NCBI GenBank assembly: GCA_973895155.1
Contig: OZ316894.1
Span: 2,496,457-2,560,456 of the forward strand
DNA length: 64,000 nucleotides
Source: Marsupella aquatica
Taxonomy: Eukaryota > Plantae > Marchantiophyta
Direction of reading: 5' to 3'
Part shown: in pieces, positions 12,831 to 24,956 of the stretch
Numbering within the stretch: the stretch's first letter is position 1
Layout of the letters: every line of letters starts with the position of its first letter
Position numbers and translations under genes: made by a program
The notes under the pieces: model-generated
Database searches by the model: none
What the model was told of the DNA's origin: nothing
What the model saw: only the letters and a program-made list of their open reading frames with translations

Positions 12831-14175
12831 TCCATCCACCCACTCTTCACCCAGCCATCTCCTTATCTCCCTGCCTGAAATCAAGCTTCTTGTGTGTGCT
12901 CTCCGGATTTCATGAGTCAACTCTAATTGTCCTTATGGAAGGAGTTGATTCCGCTTAATTGCACCTAGCTGCCATCCTGTTGGAATTTTGTTGTTTCCCC
13001 ATCATTGCTACGTAGTTTTCTTTTGAAATCTTGTCCTTATGAAAGGGCTTAGGTGGTGACACCTGGCCTTTCTCACTAACCCTCATAGCATTCTTTCATT
13101 GTATTCCATTACTCCTACGGTATCCCATTTGAGTATACTTATAACGGGATCCCGGTTTCATAAATCTCCAGCAGTGTGCCTGGACCTCTGTTTTACTTGA
13201 ATTTTTTGCTAGTGAGCTCCTTGAACCTAAAACTAACTACTTGCTAAATTCCTAGCTCTAACTCTATTCTGAGACTTTTATCTAATTCTGCTAAGTCGAC
13301 CGTCTTTTTTTATTTACGGTCACTTTTATTTAAACTACTAATGTTAACCTAATAAATTCTAACCTAACTTGTCTTTTTCCAACTCCGTTAGGCAACCCAT
13401 ACTAAATCATCTCGGCCCCCTACCACTTACCATTCATCTCTTTGTTCTCCTAACCCTAATTTATTGTTAATGATGGTTACTTCTAAATGTAGTTACGTCA
13501 TTTTTAACTCTAGTTAAACAACTACTACTTAATTTGGCATTTGACATTTTAATACCTCCATTTTTTTGCAACTGTATAAATAAGAAAGTATTAAAATGTT
13601 GCTTTTGAGATTCAATAAAACTATGTTGGTTTTTTCTTAATTTCTTAATATTGTCTCTCATTCCTCTAGGTATCAAGTCCAATATTGCATATAGTGTTTC
13701 GAACATAGACAATATGAATGTCCATATCTTAACATCATAGAGTATTTTCCATCTGATTTTTTTAGATATCTATATCTTGAAATTTTTATATTTTGACATA
13801 TTGTTTAAATCGATGTATCATCATAATTTGCAAAGCATAATTAAATAGAAATACTTCCGATACTACCCATTTAAGAAATATCTGTAAATTGAAGTAGTCA
13901 AATCCTACTAGTTTTATAACATCATAAAAATATCGCTCAGTGTCTCTTAAGTTGTTGAAGTTTTCTAGTGTGGTTGTGAGTGTGACATTCCCTGCAATCA
14001 ATAACTGGGTCAAGAATATTAATATACATCAATTTTTTTCACATGCATGAAAGATTAGCATAAAGTCCAATTCCCATCCCAAACATGAAGTAAGTACCCA
14101 AAATCATTTTGTTAATACAAATAAAAATAAAAATCATAGAGTTTTTGGTAAAGTTATGCAACAGATACCCCTGCA

Positions 14176-14181
<6 letters not shown>

Positions 14182-14220
<39 letters not shown>
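14182..14220. repeat. (CT)n microsatellite
   Basis: Seen directly. Confidence 0.95.
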
Positions 14221-14224
<4 letters not shown>

Positions 14225-15399
14225 GAGGAACATGGTCGCTATAGGGGAATAAAGACAGCAGAATGGATAACCCGATATCGAGCATCCTCAATTCTAGGAG
14301 GGATTAACCCCCAGACCAATATAACACATGAAACCTTGTCTTCATAAACAACTCAGAAATATCGGGGACCACCAAATAGGTGGCCGTCCCCCAAAAGGGA
14401 CTTGGGAGACTTACCCTAAAAAATGCCGCCAAAGCAACGGTGCCACTTCTCCTGCACTGATCATTTAGGCACCACACCCCGGGTGCATTCTATGCTACGA
14501 AAAAGTCCTCATACTCTAAACAGTGCTTACACTGTACAAAGATCCTGCATGCTCTGACTGCTTTACGAACTATGCTCTGGCAGCTCTACGAACGACACTC
14601 TGCAGCCTGAAGGGAATCATGGCTCAGCACTGAGCACTACTCGTGGGAGGGGACGACAGCATCTGTGCAAGCTCTGACCAGTATAACATGGGCGACAAAA
14701 ACAAAAAGGTGATCTGACTTGATGCATGAGACAGTAACTTTTATTTTTGTCTTACACCCTGATATTTTGAAGGTGATCGTTTAGAATATGGCCAATGCCT
14801 AAAAATGGTGGTGTGACTCTTTTTTTCCTAGACCATGTCTCCCCGTAGCCGTCTGGACAATGCTATAGAAACATGGAACATGAAATCATGACATTTACGT
14901 CTAATTTCTGCCCGGTGACGGGGGCTGAATGAAGGCATCGGGTATGTGGATCATTTCGGTCACATGATCCCTAGGGAAAAAGTATGGCCTATGCTCAGTG
15001 TCCCTGACCTGACATTTGAGTACGCTGTCCGTCGCCTTGCAATCTTGATACATTTGATTGTACTGGATATAGTCTTATAGTTAGGCGCTGTTCAAACTAA
15101 TCCTCTGTTACTGAAGATATTGACACTAATTTGCTTTAATGATGCTATGCAAAATCTATTGTTTTATGCACATAAAGCTATATGCGTTCACGAGAAATCT
15201 ACGGAGTAATAGTCTCAATATGTGTATGGGTTTTATATATGGATCTATGATATATATATTTATTTATTTAAAAGGATATGTACATTAGTAACAATCGGAC
15301 CTGATGTTTATCGGGGTGTGATGATATGTGTATACATATATATTTCAATCTCTCTCTCTCTCTCTCTCTTGTTTTTTCTGGGCTGGAAAGTTGTCTTGA

Positions 15400-18300
15400 T
15401 GTCTTGCACAAACTTTCATCTTGAGTTTCTGGACAGATTTTGTTCAAGTTTGCACTCTTGCTGGCCATCTCCATTTGAAAGGTTAACCTTGTGATTAAAG
15501 TGATGCATGTGCAATTCTTGTTCTACTCTTCTTACCAAAACACGTTCTTTTGGACCTCAAAACATACCAAAGGTAGTCAGAGTGATTTGGCAGATGTTTC
15601 ATCTCCAGCTTCATCTTATTTTCCATCATTACTGTTGATAGGGTAACACTTTTTTCCAAAAACACAATCCCAAACACAATATCATCATTCTTAAATCCTA
15701 AGAACAAAACATCCTCCAATATATACTATTCTATAAAGATAATTGAATGTCAAATTGAACAGTAAACCCTAAACATTACTTGCACATAGCAAAAACCAGA
15801 ACAAAAACAAGGGAAATTATGCTAATCCATAACAAAAACCAGAACAAAAACAAGTGAAATTCTGGAAATTTTGAAGCTGCTATGGTGAATGCACATTTCA
15901 GATTTTGTCTTATTCAGATTTTTGTGTCATGTATTTTCATTTCAATCTGCCTTATCAAGGGGCAGCATTTGTATTCTATACATTTTTAATTAATTTTTAG
16001 ACCCCTTTAGTTTTAGGTATTCTAGAGTGTTTTGAACTTATTTTGGCAGCCCCCTTTCACAGTATGTGTTTTCTTAGAGATGAAACCAAAGGCTCCACCA
16101 CCACGAGTGAGAGAAATGATGCTTAAGAACATGAATGCATAGCCTCTTAAGTTCTCCTCATGTTTTTCTTTCCTAGGTTTATGGTTTTTATTGAAAGGAG
16201 TGTCATTCATAAGGCACCCTGAGTTAAGTGCACACATTGTAGCATCGTTTGACTGTACCTTTTCCCCGACCTTTTCTTGGTCACTGTGCTTTTCTTGGCA
16301 GACACTTTACTTATATAACAGCACTTCTATGCTCTCATAGTTTTATTTACTTTCAGATCACTACAAGACAAAACATAAAGCATGTTCCATGATGAGCATG
16401 CTATATGCTAAACTAGGAAGTAAGCAGGGAAGTAAGCAAGACCCACCAAAATCCATATTTCCAGCCCAATCTTCAATTGCAATAAGCGTAGGCAACAAGC
16501 TAGACTATATCATGGAGGAATTTATATCATTTATGTAAAGAATAAAGATATGACACCCTTACTAGACGACACAACTGCAAATTATCCGGGTCACTTACTA
16601 GCAATGCCCACTTTCACTTGGCAAAGCTCATTGTCCCCATCCACCATTTTGGAGTGGTTTCAAGTTTTAACACCCTGGGTTGGGATGATTGCCTGGAAAG
16701 TATGGGTCACAAAAAGTGACTAAATACTGGCTAGGGTGTCTCAAACCTGCTCTTCTTTGGAAATTTTACAATACTGGAATGTAACAACCTGGGAAGCGGG
16801 AAAAAATGTGTGGTTCCCAAAAAGGCCTCACGCCGCTAACTCCAGTGGCAGGTGCACCTGCGTCTATGCCAAAAACTCGTGGCCATGTAGAGAGCCCCGT
16901 GCAGAGCAAGCAGCCAAGTACACTGTCTAGGAAATTGGGGCAACAATTCAAACTCGTGGCCATGATGCAGACCCTTGGCCATGCAAGATCAAGCCAATAA
17001 ATTGACCCAATGCAAACCCTCGGCCATGCAAAGCCCTGGACGCACATACTAGTAAGCAACTGAGGACATCAGTGAGTCAAACTTCAGTCTGTAACGCTCT
17101 GTCTCACTCTTAAATGAGCATCGTAGACATACAAATGGGCAGCTGGAATAAGGTAGGAAATCTCGAGTGAAGCAGCCTTAGTTAAGTAAGTGTGCAGATC
17201 TCTTCTGCTACAATGTTTGCTGCATTGTACGTAGTTGGGGCCCTTATTGATTTTGTCAAGCACACCCCATTGTCTAAGTGCTTTAGCATTTTTCAGGTTT
17301 CCTACTACATCGGTTACTACCGACATCGGACCTGTCAACCTCATGGCTGTACACCGATCCCATCGTCTAAGTGCTTTGGCAATAATTCAAGTTTCTCCCT
17401 GTATCAGTCACCACCAACATCCCATTTTTGGACCTGCTATCCTCACCAACTTTGTGGACTGTCTTGTATTTACCAATACAACTTTAATAATCTCAAAAAA
17501 TTAAAAAATATTCCCTTGCAATAAGCCTATGAGTAAACCCCCTTAACCCGAACAGGTCGTATTTCATTTGGAAATCAAGAGGGGCAAAAGACTCATCAAA
17601 TAAAGCTCGAGTGTATTAATAGGTTTATTGATAAACCAACTTTTCATGACATAATATCTTGGGCCAGGGGCCTCCACTCTATATGTAACTTAGTGGTCTT
17701 TGTCACATTTTTCTCTACCTAGCACAACCCCTGATGGCGGTATGTGTGGGTTGTTGGAATATGAGTTATTTTGATGTTTTGCTCAAAGAAAAATTAGCGC
17801 ATAAACCCAAAACAATTCATGATGAGTGAAGATTGGAAAACCAAAAAAACCCAAATGTGTGATGAGCCAACACCCAAATTTTTCCACTTTGCTCACTTGA
17901 AGTGTGCGTAGTCAAAATTTGACAAAATTAAGTTTTTTATTTCATTTGTACCAATCCTCGTTCCATTCAGTATTCTGGAGCAGAATCGGAGGACTCATCT
18001 TTTTAATATTATTGATAGAGGAAATACCAAATATTTCTAACATGTGATTGTATGTTCAATGAGCCCTATGCCTGTGCGTTGCAAGGTGCAAAGAGGGTCA
18101 GCCCATAGGGAGTCGGGCCAGGGCATTTATGGGGCAGCGGGAAGCACATATGTGCCAGGGGTGCACATTTCCTCCATCAATGGTCAGGGAAAACATCCAA
18201 TCAAATCCAACGGCAGTGGATCTTTCCCGTCCAGGAGCTTTTTTGTATTGTGATGAAAGCCAGGATCCCTTATTCTCGCCCTTATTATATTGTTGTAGAT

Positions 18301-18760
18301 TAGAGTTTCACCACCAAGTTCAGGATGGATTGGTATGGTTCCTCCATCCCTGAGGCACCAGAATATCAAGTGAACCCATAAATGGAAAAGGGAGCATGTT
18401 TGACAAAGTGTCCTCAAAGAACCTCTTATACCCTGCAGGGTGGGTTACGTCCAAATTAAGGCCGCTTAATGGCTTACCAGCTATTACATTCATCCCCCAT
18501 TCAGGACCCCCCACCTGAACTGTCTAACATTTGTTGAACTTTTTCATGTAGTAAGCTTTGTTTAATGGCTCCAAAATTGCTATCCAGCATGGTGTACGAA
18601 TTGGATTTTCTTGAGGGATTGAACCCCCAAGCCGCCTGGAAGCAACCCCGGAAGCAACTAGGACGGAGCATCATGTCTGCTACATTAGGGTATCTCAAAC
18701 ATCAAGAGATTCGGGCTTTTAGTCAGGCCGAGACTTTGCAGTGCGGGACATAGACTTAAA
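15400..18760 (-). mobile_element. Degenerate coding remnant, probably transposon-derived (family unassigned)
   Basis: Chain of short minus-strand ORFs broken by stops and frameshifts (e.g. 17084-17344, 18184-18417, 18501-18698), with internal repeats (AWPRVC; AKALRxW twice). No diagnostic motif recognised. Confidence 0.3.
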
Positions 18761-19999
18761 ATGTGCCGTACACTGAGTTGACAACCTCACTGTTTTGCCC
18801 CAGCGTTTTGGCACACGGCAGGCCAGCTCACTACAAGCCCTCTCAAACTTCATGCCCCCTTAATTACACATGCCCGTCAACCACGTCTCGGCTGTAGTTT
18901 TGGCCATGATGTTTTGCGGTCAATAACCCAGACTATGAACAAAAAGTACAATTAGTTATTGAACCCCCAGGCTACATTTTTTAGGCTCTGTTTGAGTAAA
19001 AATAACATATGGTATATTAGCTTTAGCTCAAGTTGTGAGAGGCTATATGGTGCAAAATGTTCTGGTAACACACATTATTCTGGTGAGATAGTTTTACAAT
19101 TTTAGTGAAAGTATAGGAGAAAATACATAATGAGTTCATCCAAATGTGATTCTGCAATCTTCCTCATAATGACCAGGAAAATGAGGGCTTTTAGCTTGAG
19201 TTTTGAGAGGCTAATATGGTCCATAATGCTTGCTAGCAGGCATTAAAACACTTAAAATCTATGAGATATTTTAACTAATTTTGAAACATTAATAAACCCA
19301 AGGCACAGTTTTTTACATTAGTTGATTTGGGCATTGGATGGCACCATATTCAACCACTAAAGTGCCATGGGCACTCAATTTGAGTTGAGATGACTACTTT
19401 CTCAAGATCCATTGAGAAGTATGCTTTGCTCAACAATGAACCCTAAGTTTTCCTGTAGCTGAATTCTGTCCGTAAAAGATTTGTTGCCTAATTTATCAAT
19501 GTACTTTCAAATAATTGGAAATTTTTGAAATTTCACTGAAGTCTAACTTTGGCAAGTTTTGAATTAGAGATTAATAGCCTCATGACCTTGATGCAATTAT
19601 TCACCAAATGGAGAAGGGCATGATAGCTTAAGCTTTGAGAAGTGAGAATTGAAGTATGGTTAGGAAGGGAACTTGTTAGTCATGTTGTGTTGGACAAGGT
19701 TAGTAGGATAAATTCTACACTATGTATTGTTTAGGTTAGAGTTTCTCACTAAATCATTGTGGACCCATTCAGCAATGGCCTGAGCAGTTTGACCACACAA
19801 ATACTTTGCTTTGCAGGTCGAAGTCGACGACGTGGTTATCTCAAGCTAAAAAAATTATAAATCAATTTATGACAAGTCCATTTGAAACTAGATCAATGTC
19901 TAATCAAATGAATTGTATTAGTTTGTTGAGTTCACCAAACTAGCAGTTTGCCTTAATTGCAAAAAGCTGGAAATCTTACTTCAGGTGACACACACCCTC

Positions 20000-20323
20000 T
20001 AACAAGGAACTTATCAAGTTAGTTATTAGTCATTGTTTATTATATGAAAAAATACTTTTGAATTTAATTTTTACAATTGGAAACGTAACTAAAATGGTTA
20101 TATAGTGACACTTTACCTGTTTTGTTCTTTGCATTCCTTAATTTTTTATATTTTCTTTTTATTGCATGGCGTCCCAAAATTTACACTCAAATTGACATAA
20201 ACACAAATGAAAATTGTAAATTTGATTCACAAAACTGATAAGTCTTGTTTGTTACGGTTATTGTTGACGTGACACACTCTGGTGCCAGGAATTTTGGAAG
20301 GGACCCCTAATGGAGATATGTAA
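20000..20323 (-). mobile_element. Dispersed repeat, copy 2 (inverted relative to 45653-45985)
   Basis: Reverse complement aligns over ~310 bp with 45653-45985. The ORF track shows twin peptides VPSKIPGTRVCHVNNNRNKQD and VLSKIPGTTACHVNNNRNKQD. Confidence 0.8.
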
Positions 20324-20872
20324 TAATAAAGACTGAGATGGCCTAGGGTGTAGTTTCGGCCATGATTTTTTGTGGGCAATAACTCAGATGGCCTAGGCTT
20401 TAGTTTTTTTGAGATCAATAACCCGGACTAGGAAGGAGAATTACACAAAGATTGAGATGGCCTATTGGGCCTTTAGGCCCTTCCAGGTCCTGTGCTGGTA
20501 GGCCTGCCCAGATGGCAAGGGGGGCTATTCCCTGGGATTCTGGAGTTACTAAAGCGAGTCCGGAACATACTCCTCGGAACCTTGATTACCGCACGTCTCG
20601 TGTAAGTCGTCCTTTTGAGACAGGACGTCACTTGCTATAGGCCATCGAGGTTGGGATTGTAGCTGTTGTTGGGAAGGAAGCATTACGAGATTATTTTTCC
20701 CTTTCCCGACCTCATAAGGCACCCTTTGTTTATTGCCCTTTCAGTTTCTGGAGCCCATCGCCAATTCCTACGCTCAATGGCAGCCGACCTCGACTGAGGG
20801 ATACATTTCTCCTGCAATTGGCTTTGATACAATTTGATAGAGCTGAGAATCGGTTGAGGAGGATTTGAGACA

Positions 20873-22281
20873 ATGGCTTTGTGGGCGCTTTGGGCCTTGG
20901 TGTTGATCGCTCCTGCGTTTGTAACCCTAATCTGGTTTGTGATTTCCCCTCGGCCAACTTCTATATCCCTGAAGTCTCGCCATGTGGTCATCACTGGAGG
21001 ATCCAGTGGGATCGGCTTGTGCGTAGCTCAGCTAGCTGCTTTAGAGGACGCAAAAATTTCTATCGTTGGGCGGGATACCGAGAAGCTCAAATCAGCTCGC
21101 ACTGCTATCCTTGATTACTACAAGAGTAAACGAATGAAAGGAGAATTCAAAGAGGAGGAACTACCACAGGTTAACTTTTTCAGTGCGGATGTGAAGTCTT
21201 ACGAGAGTATTGAGAAGGCTGTGAATGAAGCTGTTGCAGAATCAGGGCCCCTAGATGTCCTTATCTGCTCCCATGGTGTTAGTGTGCCTCAAACTTTTCA
21301 GGACACATCTCTTGAAGCTATGTATCATATGCTGGATACGAATCTGAAGGGCAACCTTCATACTATCAAAGCTGCTCTCCCTCATATCAACAAAGATAGA
21401 CCGTCAACAAACCCTGGTTGTATCGCCATCTTCAGCACTCAAGTTGCCCAGGTATTTAGATGGTCTCGTTTTTCATTATTTTGCTTCCTGGTCATAATTT
21501 TGCTTCCCCATCAATGAAGATCCTCGTCTCACTTGAGTACTGGTAAATTGGATCATTGGATATCAGTGATTTTCATTGAGGGGAATGACAATGTTTCTAA
21601 GAAAGAATCCCATCTGTCGTTTCACTGAGGCTGGACCAGGTCTCACTATATGGCTATGCTTCATATTCTGCGTCCAAGGGAGGTCTTCGTTATCTTGCAG
21701 AATCACTACAGCAGGAATTACTGCCCTACAATATTCGGGTGTCAGTGATATATCCTCCTGATACAGAAACTCCAGGTTTCATCGAAGGTAATGAATGAGA
21801 AGAGGACTCTCTCCCTTCTGAATTTTATGCTTAATTCCATATCAATCATCCGAGGTTATGTTTTCAAGTGGCTGCTGGGTTTTTGACTTCTTGTTTGTGT
21901 AGTTTGGACGTTTTCTATATGGCTTTGATCGATGGCACGCTTGTTTCAGCGAGTCTAATACTAGCTTCGGAATTGTCTCCCACAGAAAACAAGACCAAGC
22001 CAGAACTGACAGCTAAGCTCTCTGAGACGTCCAAAGGTATGGACCCTTTAGATGTGGCCAAGGCAGCAATCAAAGGTATCAAAGCGGGGCATTTCAACAT
22101 CAGCTGTGGCTTTGAGGGCCTCATGTTGAATGCTGCAACTGCTGGCATGTCTCCTCAGTCATCTCTTCCACTTGCTTTGATTGAGATCTTCTTCATGGGA
22201 CTTCTCCGCATAGTGGCACTGATCATCATTTCGGGTTGGAATAAGACAATCAGGGATTGGCATCGGAATCAGAAGAAGTGA
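20873..22281 (+). CDS. TSC10: 3-ketodihydrosphingosine (3-dehydrosphinganine) reductase, SDR family, 3 exons, ~340 aa
   Basis: Exons 20873-21451, 21640-21787 and 21986-22281 are in phase. N-terminal TM segment, HVVITGGSSGIG, YSASK catalytic motif, YPPDTETPGF signature, C-terminal hydrophobic segment and terminal KK. Confidence 0.92.
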
Positions 22282-23899
22282 GGTTCGAATCTTGCCTGAT
22301 ATGACCTCTCCCCGGGAGCGTTCTTAGGTTGTCTACCTGTATGACAGGCTTGCTTTTCCTGCTGTTAAATTCGTAGCTTCATAGAGGAATCGTCTCATGT
22401 GCTATTTCTACTCCGGCATTCTTCTACATCAGGTCCTTACATCATCTATCACTGTTATTTGTCAAATTGGGATCAAGGGTCCTAAGCTCAGTTTTCACCG
22501 AGAATACAGATGTGTAGCTGCAGTAGGTTTGACCAGCACGGCATACACAAAACATTGTCTTTGATGATCAATAAGTTAGAAAGATGCCTTGGGCATGATG
22601 ATATGATAAGCTCAAGCATTTGTTTTTGTTCTTGTCCATGCAGGAAAATCTCGTAGTTGAATGCAAGGCAGCATGCACAGGATGATGTATCCACAATGAG
22701 GATTTTCAAAATACTTTGGGGGTGCATACAATGGAATACTCACATTACTTCAGTCTTGGAACAGGATCATGTTTATTTTGTGAATCGCTTGTGTTGCTTG
22801 TTCCAATGGTCTCCTACAGTCTTCCACATAAACACAGTATCACATTTGGCAGTCACGGCGGGACTGTCTAACCTGCACCTACGACATCCTTCAAGGAGAA
22901 TCTGACAGCCATGAGGACTTTGTGCAAGTAGAGGGTATCTTACCAAGTCCCCACATTCGTTATAGGTCTCCGGGTTGATCTGTATCATCAAATTGATTCG
23001 TCTAAAAAAATGCCTGAATGCAAAAAGTCCAACGGATGATTTTCCAGAGCCATTTGTACTTTAAATCTCAATATCCGCATGTCAATGGATCTTCTACAGA
23101 GTTCAAATGAGGATATACTTCCCTTCGCGTGTAGGCAACGGTGTTGCTCTTCAACAAGCGTATCGATTGAAAAGAGCATTTTACATAATGTGTCTGGTTT
23201 GTCCAAATTGACAGAGTGAAGGAGCATTAGTACGTTTTTCGCGAGGTTGCCTCGGTGAAGATGTGAGGTCCCTAGTGATGTTCTGTTCTCTTCTCACTGA
23301 CTTTCCGGTGGATGCCGACGCTTAGTGGAGGAACTGAGTGACTAGATGTGTAGAACAACTGGATTCGGATCTCTTATGCATCACGTCCGTAGGCATGAGA
23401 GGGCTATTGAGCATTCCACTAGAATTTGAGTTCCCAGGCGTCATCCGTAGGAATTTGGCAACAGACGTAGACTTTTTGCTATATGTTAATCGAGTTGTCC
23501 CCCAAGCTGGAAATACACAGTTAAACTGAACTCTTTCAACTTCCAGATACAAGAATCTCTTTCTATGACCGCCCACATATACCTGACTATGAGGTTCTGT
23601 ATGATTCATTCAACTGAATTGACCCAGACGCCTCCTTACTACAGTAAAAGTCCTTGATACTGTTCTACATTGGTTATAAAACTGTGCAAGACACAAAGGC
23701 GGAATGATGCTACTGAAAAGCACTGAAGAAAATACCTATTCTACTATTTTAGGAAACAGAAACAATTGATTATCTTTGTGGAGAATTATGATCCAACTAA
23801 AGAAACTGAACTGACAGCAAAATGTTGGAATCATCTTGTCATGTTTTCTGAGGTCTCTAAATTCTTTTAGTTCAAAGGTCTTGTCGACTCTGATATGAA

Positions 23900-23939
23900 T
23901 GATAAGTTCGTATCTTGAATTGATGATACGAACTTATCA
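23900..23939. other. Perfect 15-bp inverted repeat with 10-nt spacer (loxP-like)
   Basis: tgataagttcgtatc-ttgaattgat-gatacgaacttatca. Confidence 0.9.
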
Positions 23940-24956
23940 CTCAAACTCCCGCCCCCCGTTTCACGAAGGGCAAGCGAGGTTAGAGTGTGGGTTGTTGACG
24001 AGGAATTAGATCCAACTTCAGTATGCGTCTTAAAAAACTAATTGGCTATGAACCTGTAGCATATTTGCACTCCAACGTTCAAGGTAGTTGTGCTACACTG
24101 TCCACTGCAGTTAGTGTTTAGTCTCACTAATTGAGTAGCCCTTAAACTTTTATGTCACACACCAAATATCGTGAGTCACATTAATTTTGTTGCCACCAAC
24201 TTGCAGTAAATGTTAAGTCAGTGTCAGTCACACTAATTTTCGTGCTCGAAGACTAACCTTCAGTAAAATGATGAACATTCTCCAGGCCAGCAGCTTCATT
24301 AAAGATCTGGGTCTCCATTTGCGGAAGCAAACAATGAGTACAGTTAAATATCGAGACTGCCCCTACTTCTACGCGTGGAGAGTCAACACAGACAACAAAC
24401 ATACGAAATTAGTGTGATTCCTGATACAAAATTGATTGGGACACAAATTACGTGAGTCACACTAATTTAGTTCACTAATCGCAATGGACCGTGTAGTTGT
24501 TCCTCCCGGAGGCACTTACAGAGTCTCGGGCCATCCGATTTTCCTTGTGAATTAATTTGATGCCCACATCTCTTTCTTTGTTCCTCAACATAGAAATGAA
24601 CTCTGTCTACCAAACAACGGAGGAAGAACACTCTTTCGAGAGCAGTACTATCCGGGTGACAAAAAGATGCACGGCAAACATCCATTTGAAGGCAAATGTG
24701 TGGAAGAAGTCGTCAATTGATTGCGATGACTTTACGAAAACAGTCTGGTCCTAGAGAAGAGGAGAATTATGAGCTTGCAACATCACTCACTATTGGACTA
24801 TTACCAACATTCGCCAAAGACAGATCATCCTCCAAATGCAAGGAGTCAGATGAAGATGAAGAATGTGCCGAGCTAGCCGTTCGGACCCAATCTTTCTCAT
24901 AGAGTCAACCGCGCAGAAGCAGCCCCTGGAGGCTTTATTTGTACATCACCGCAGCC

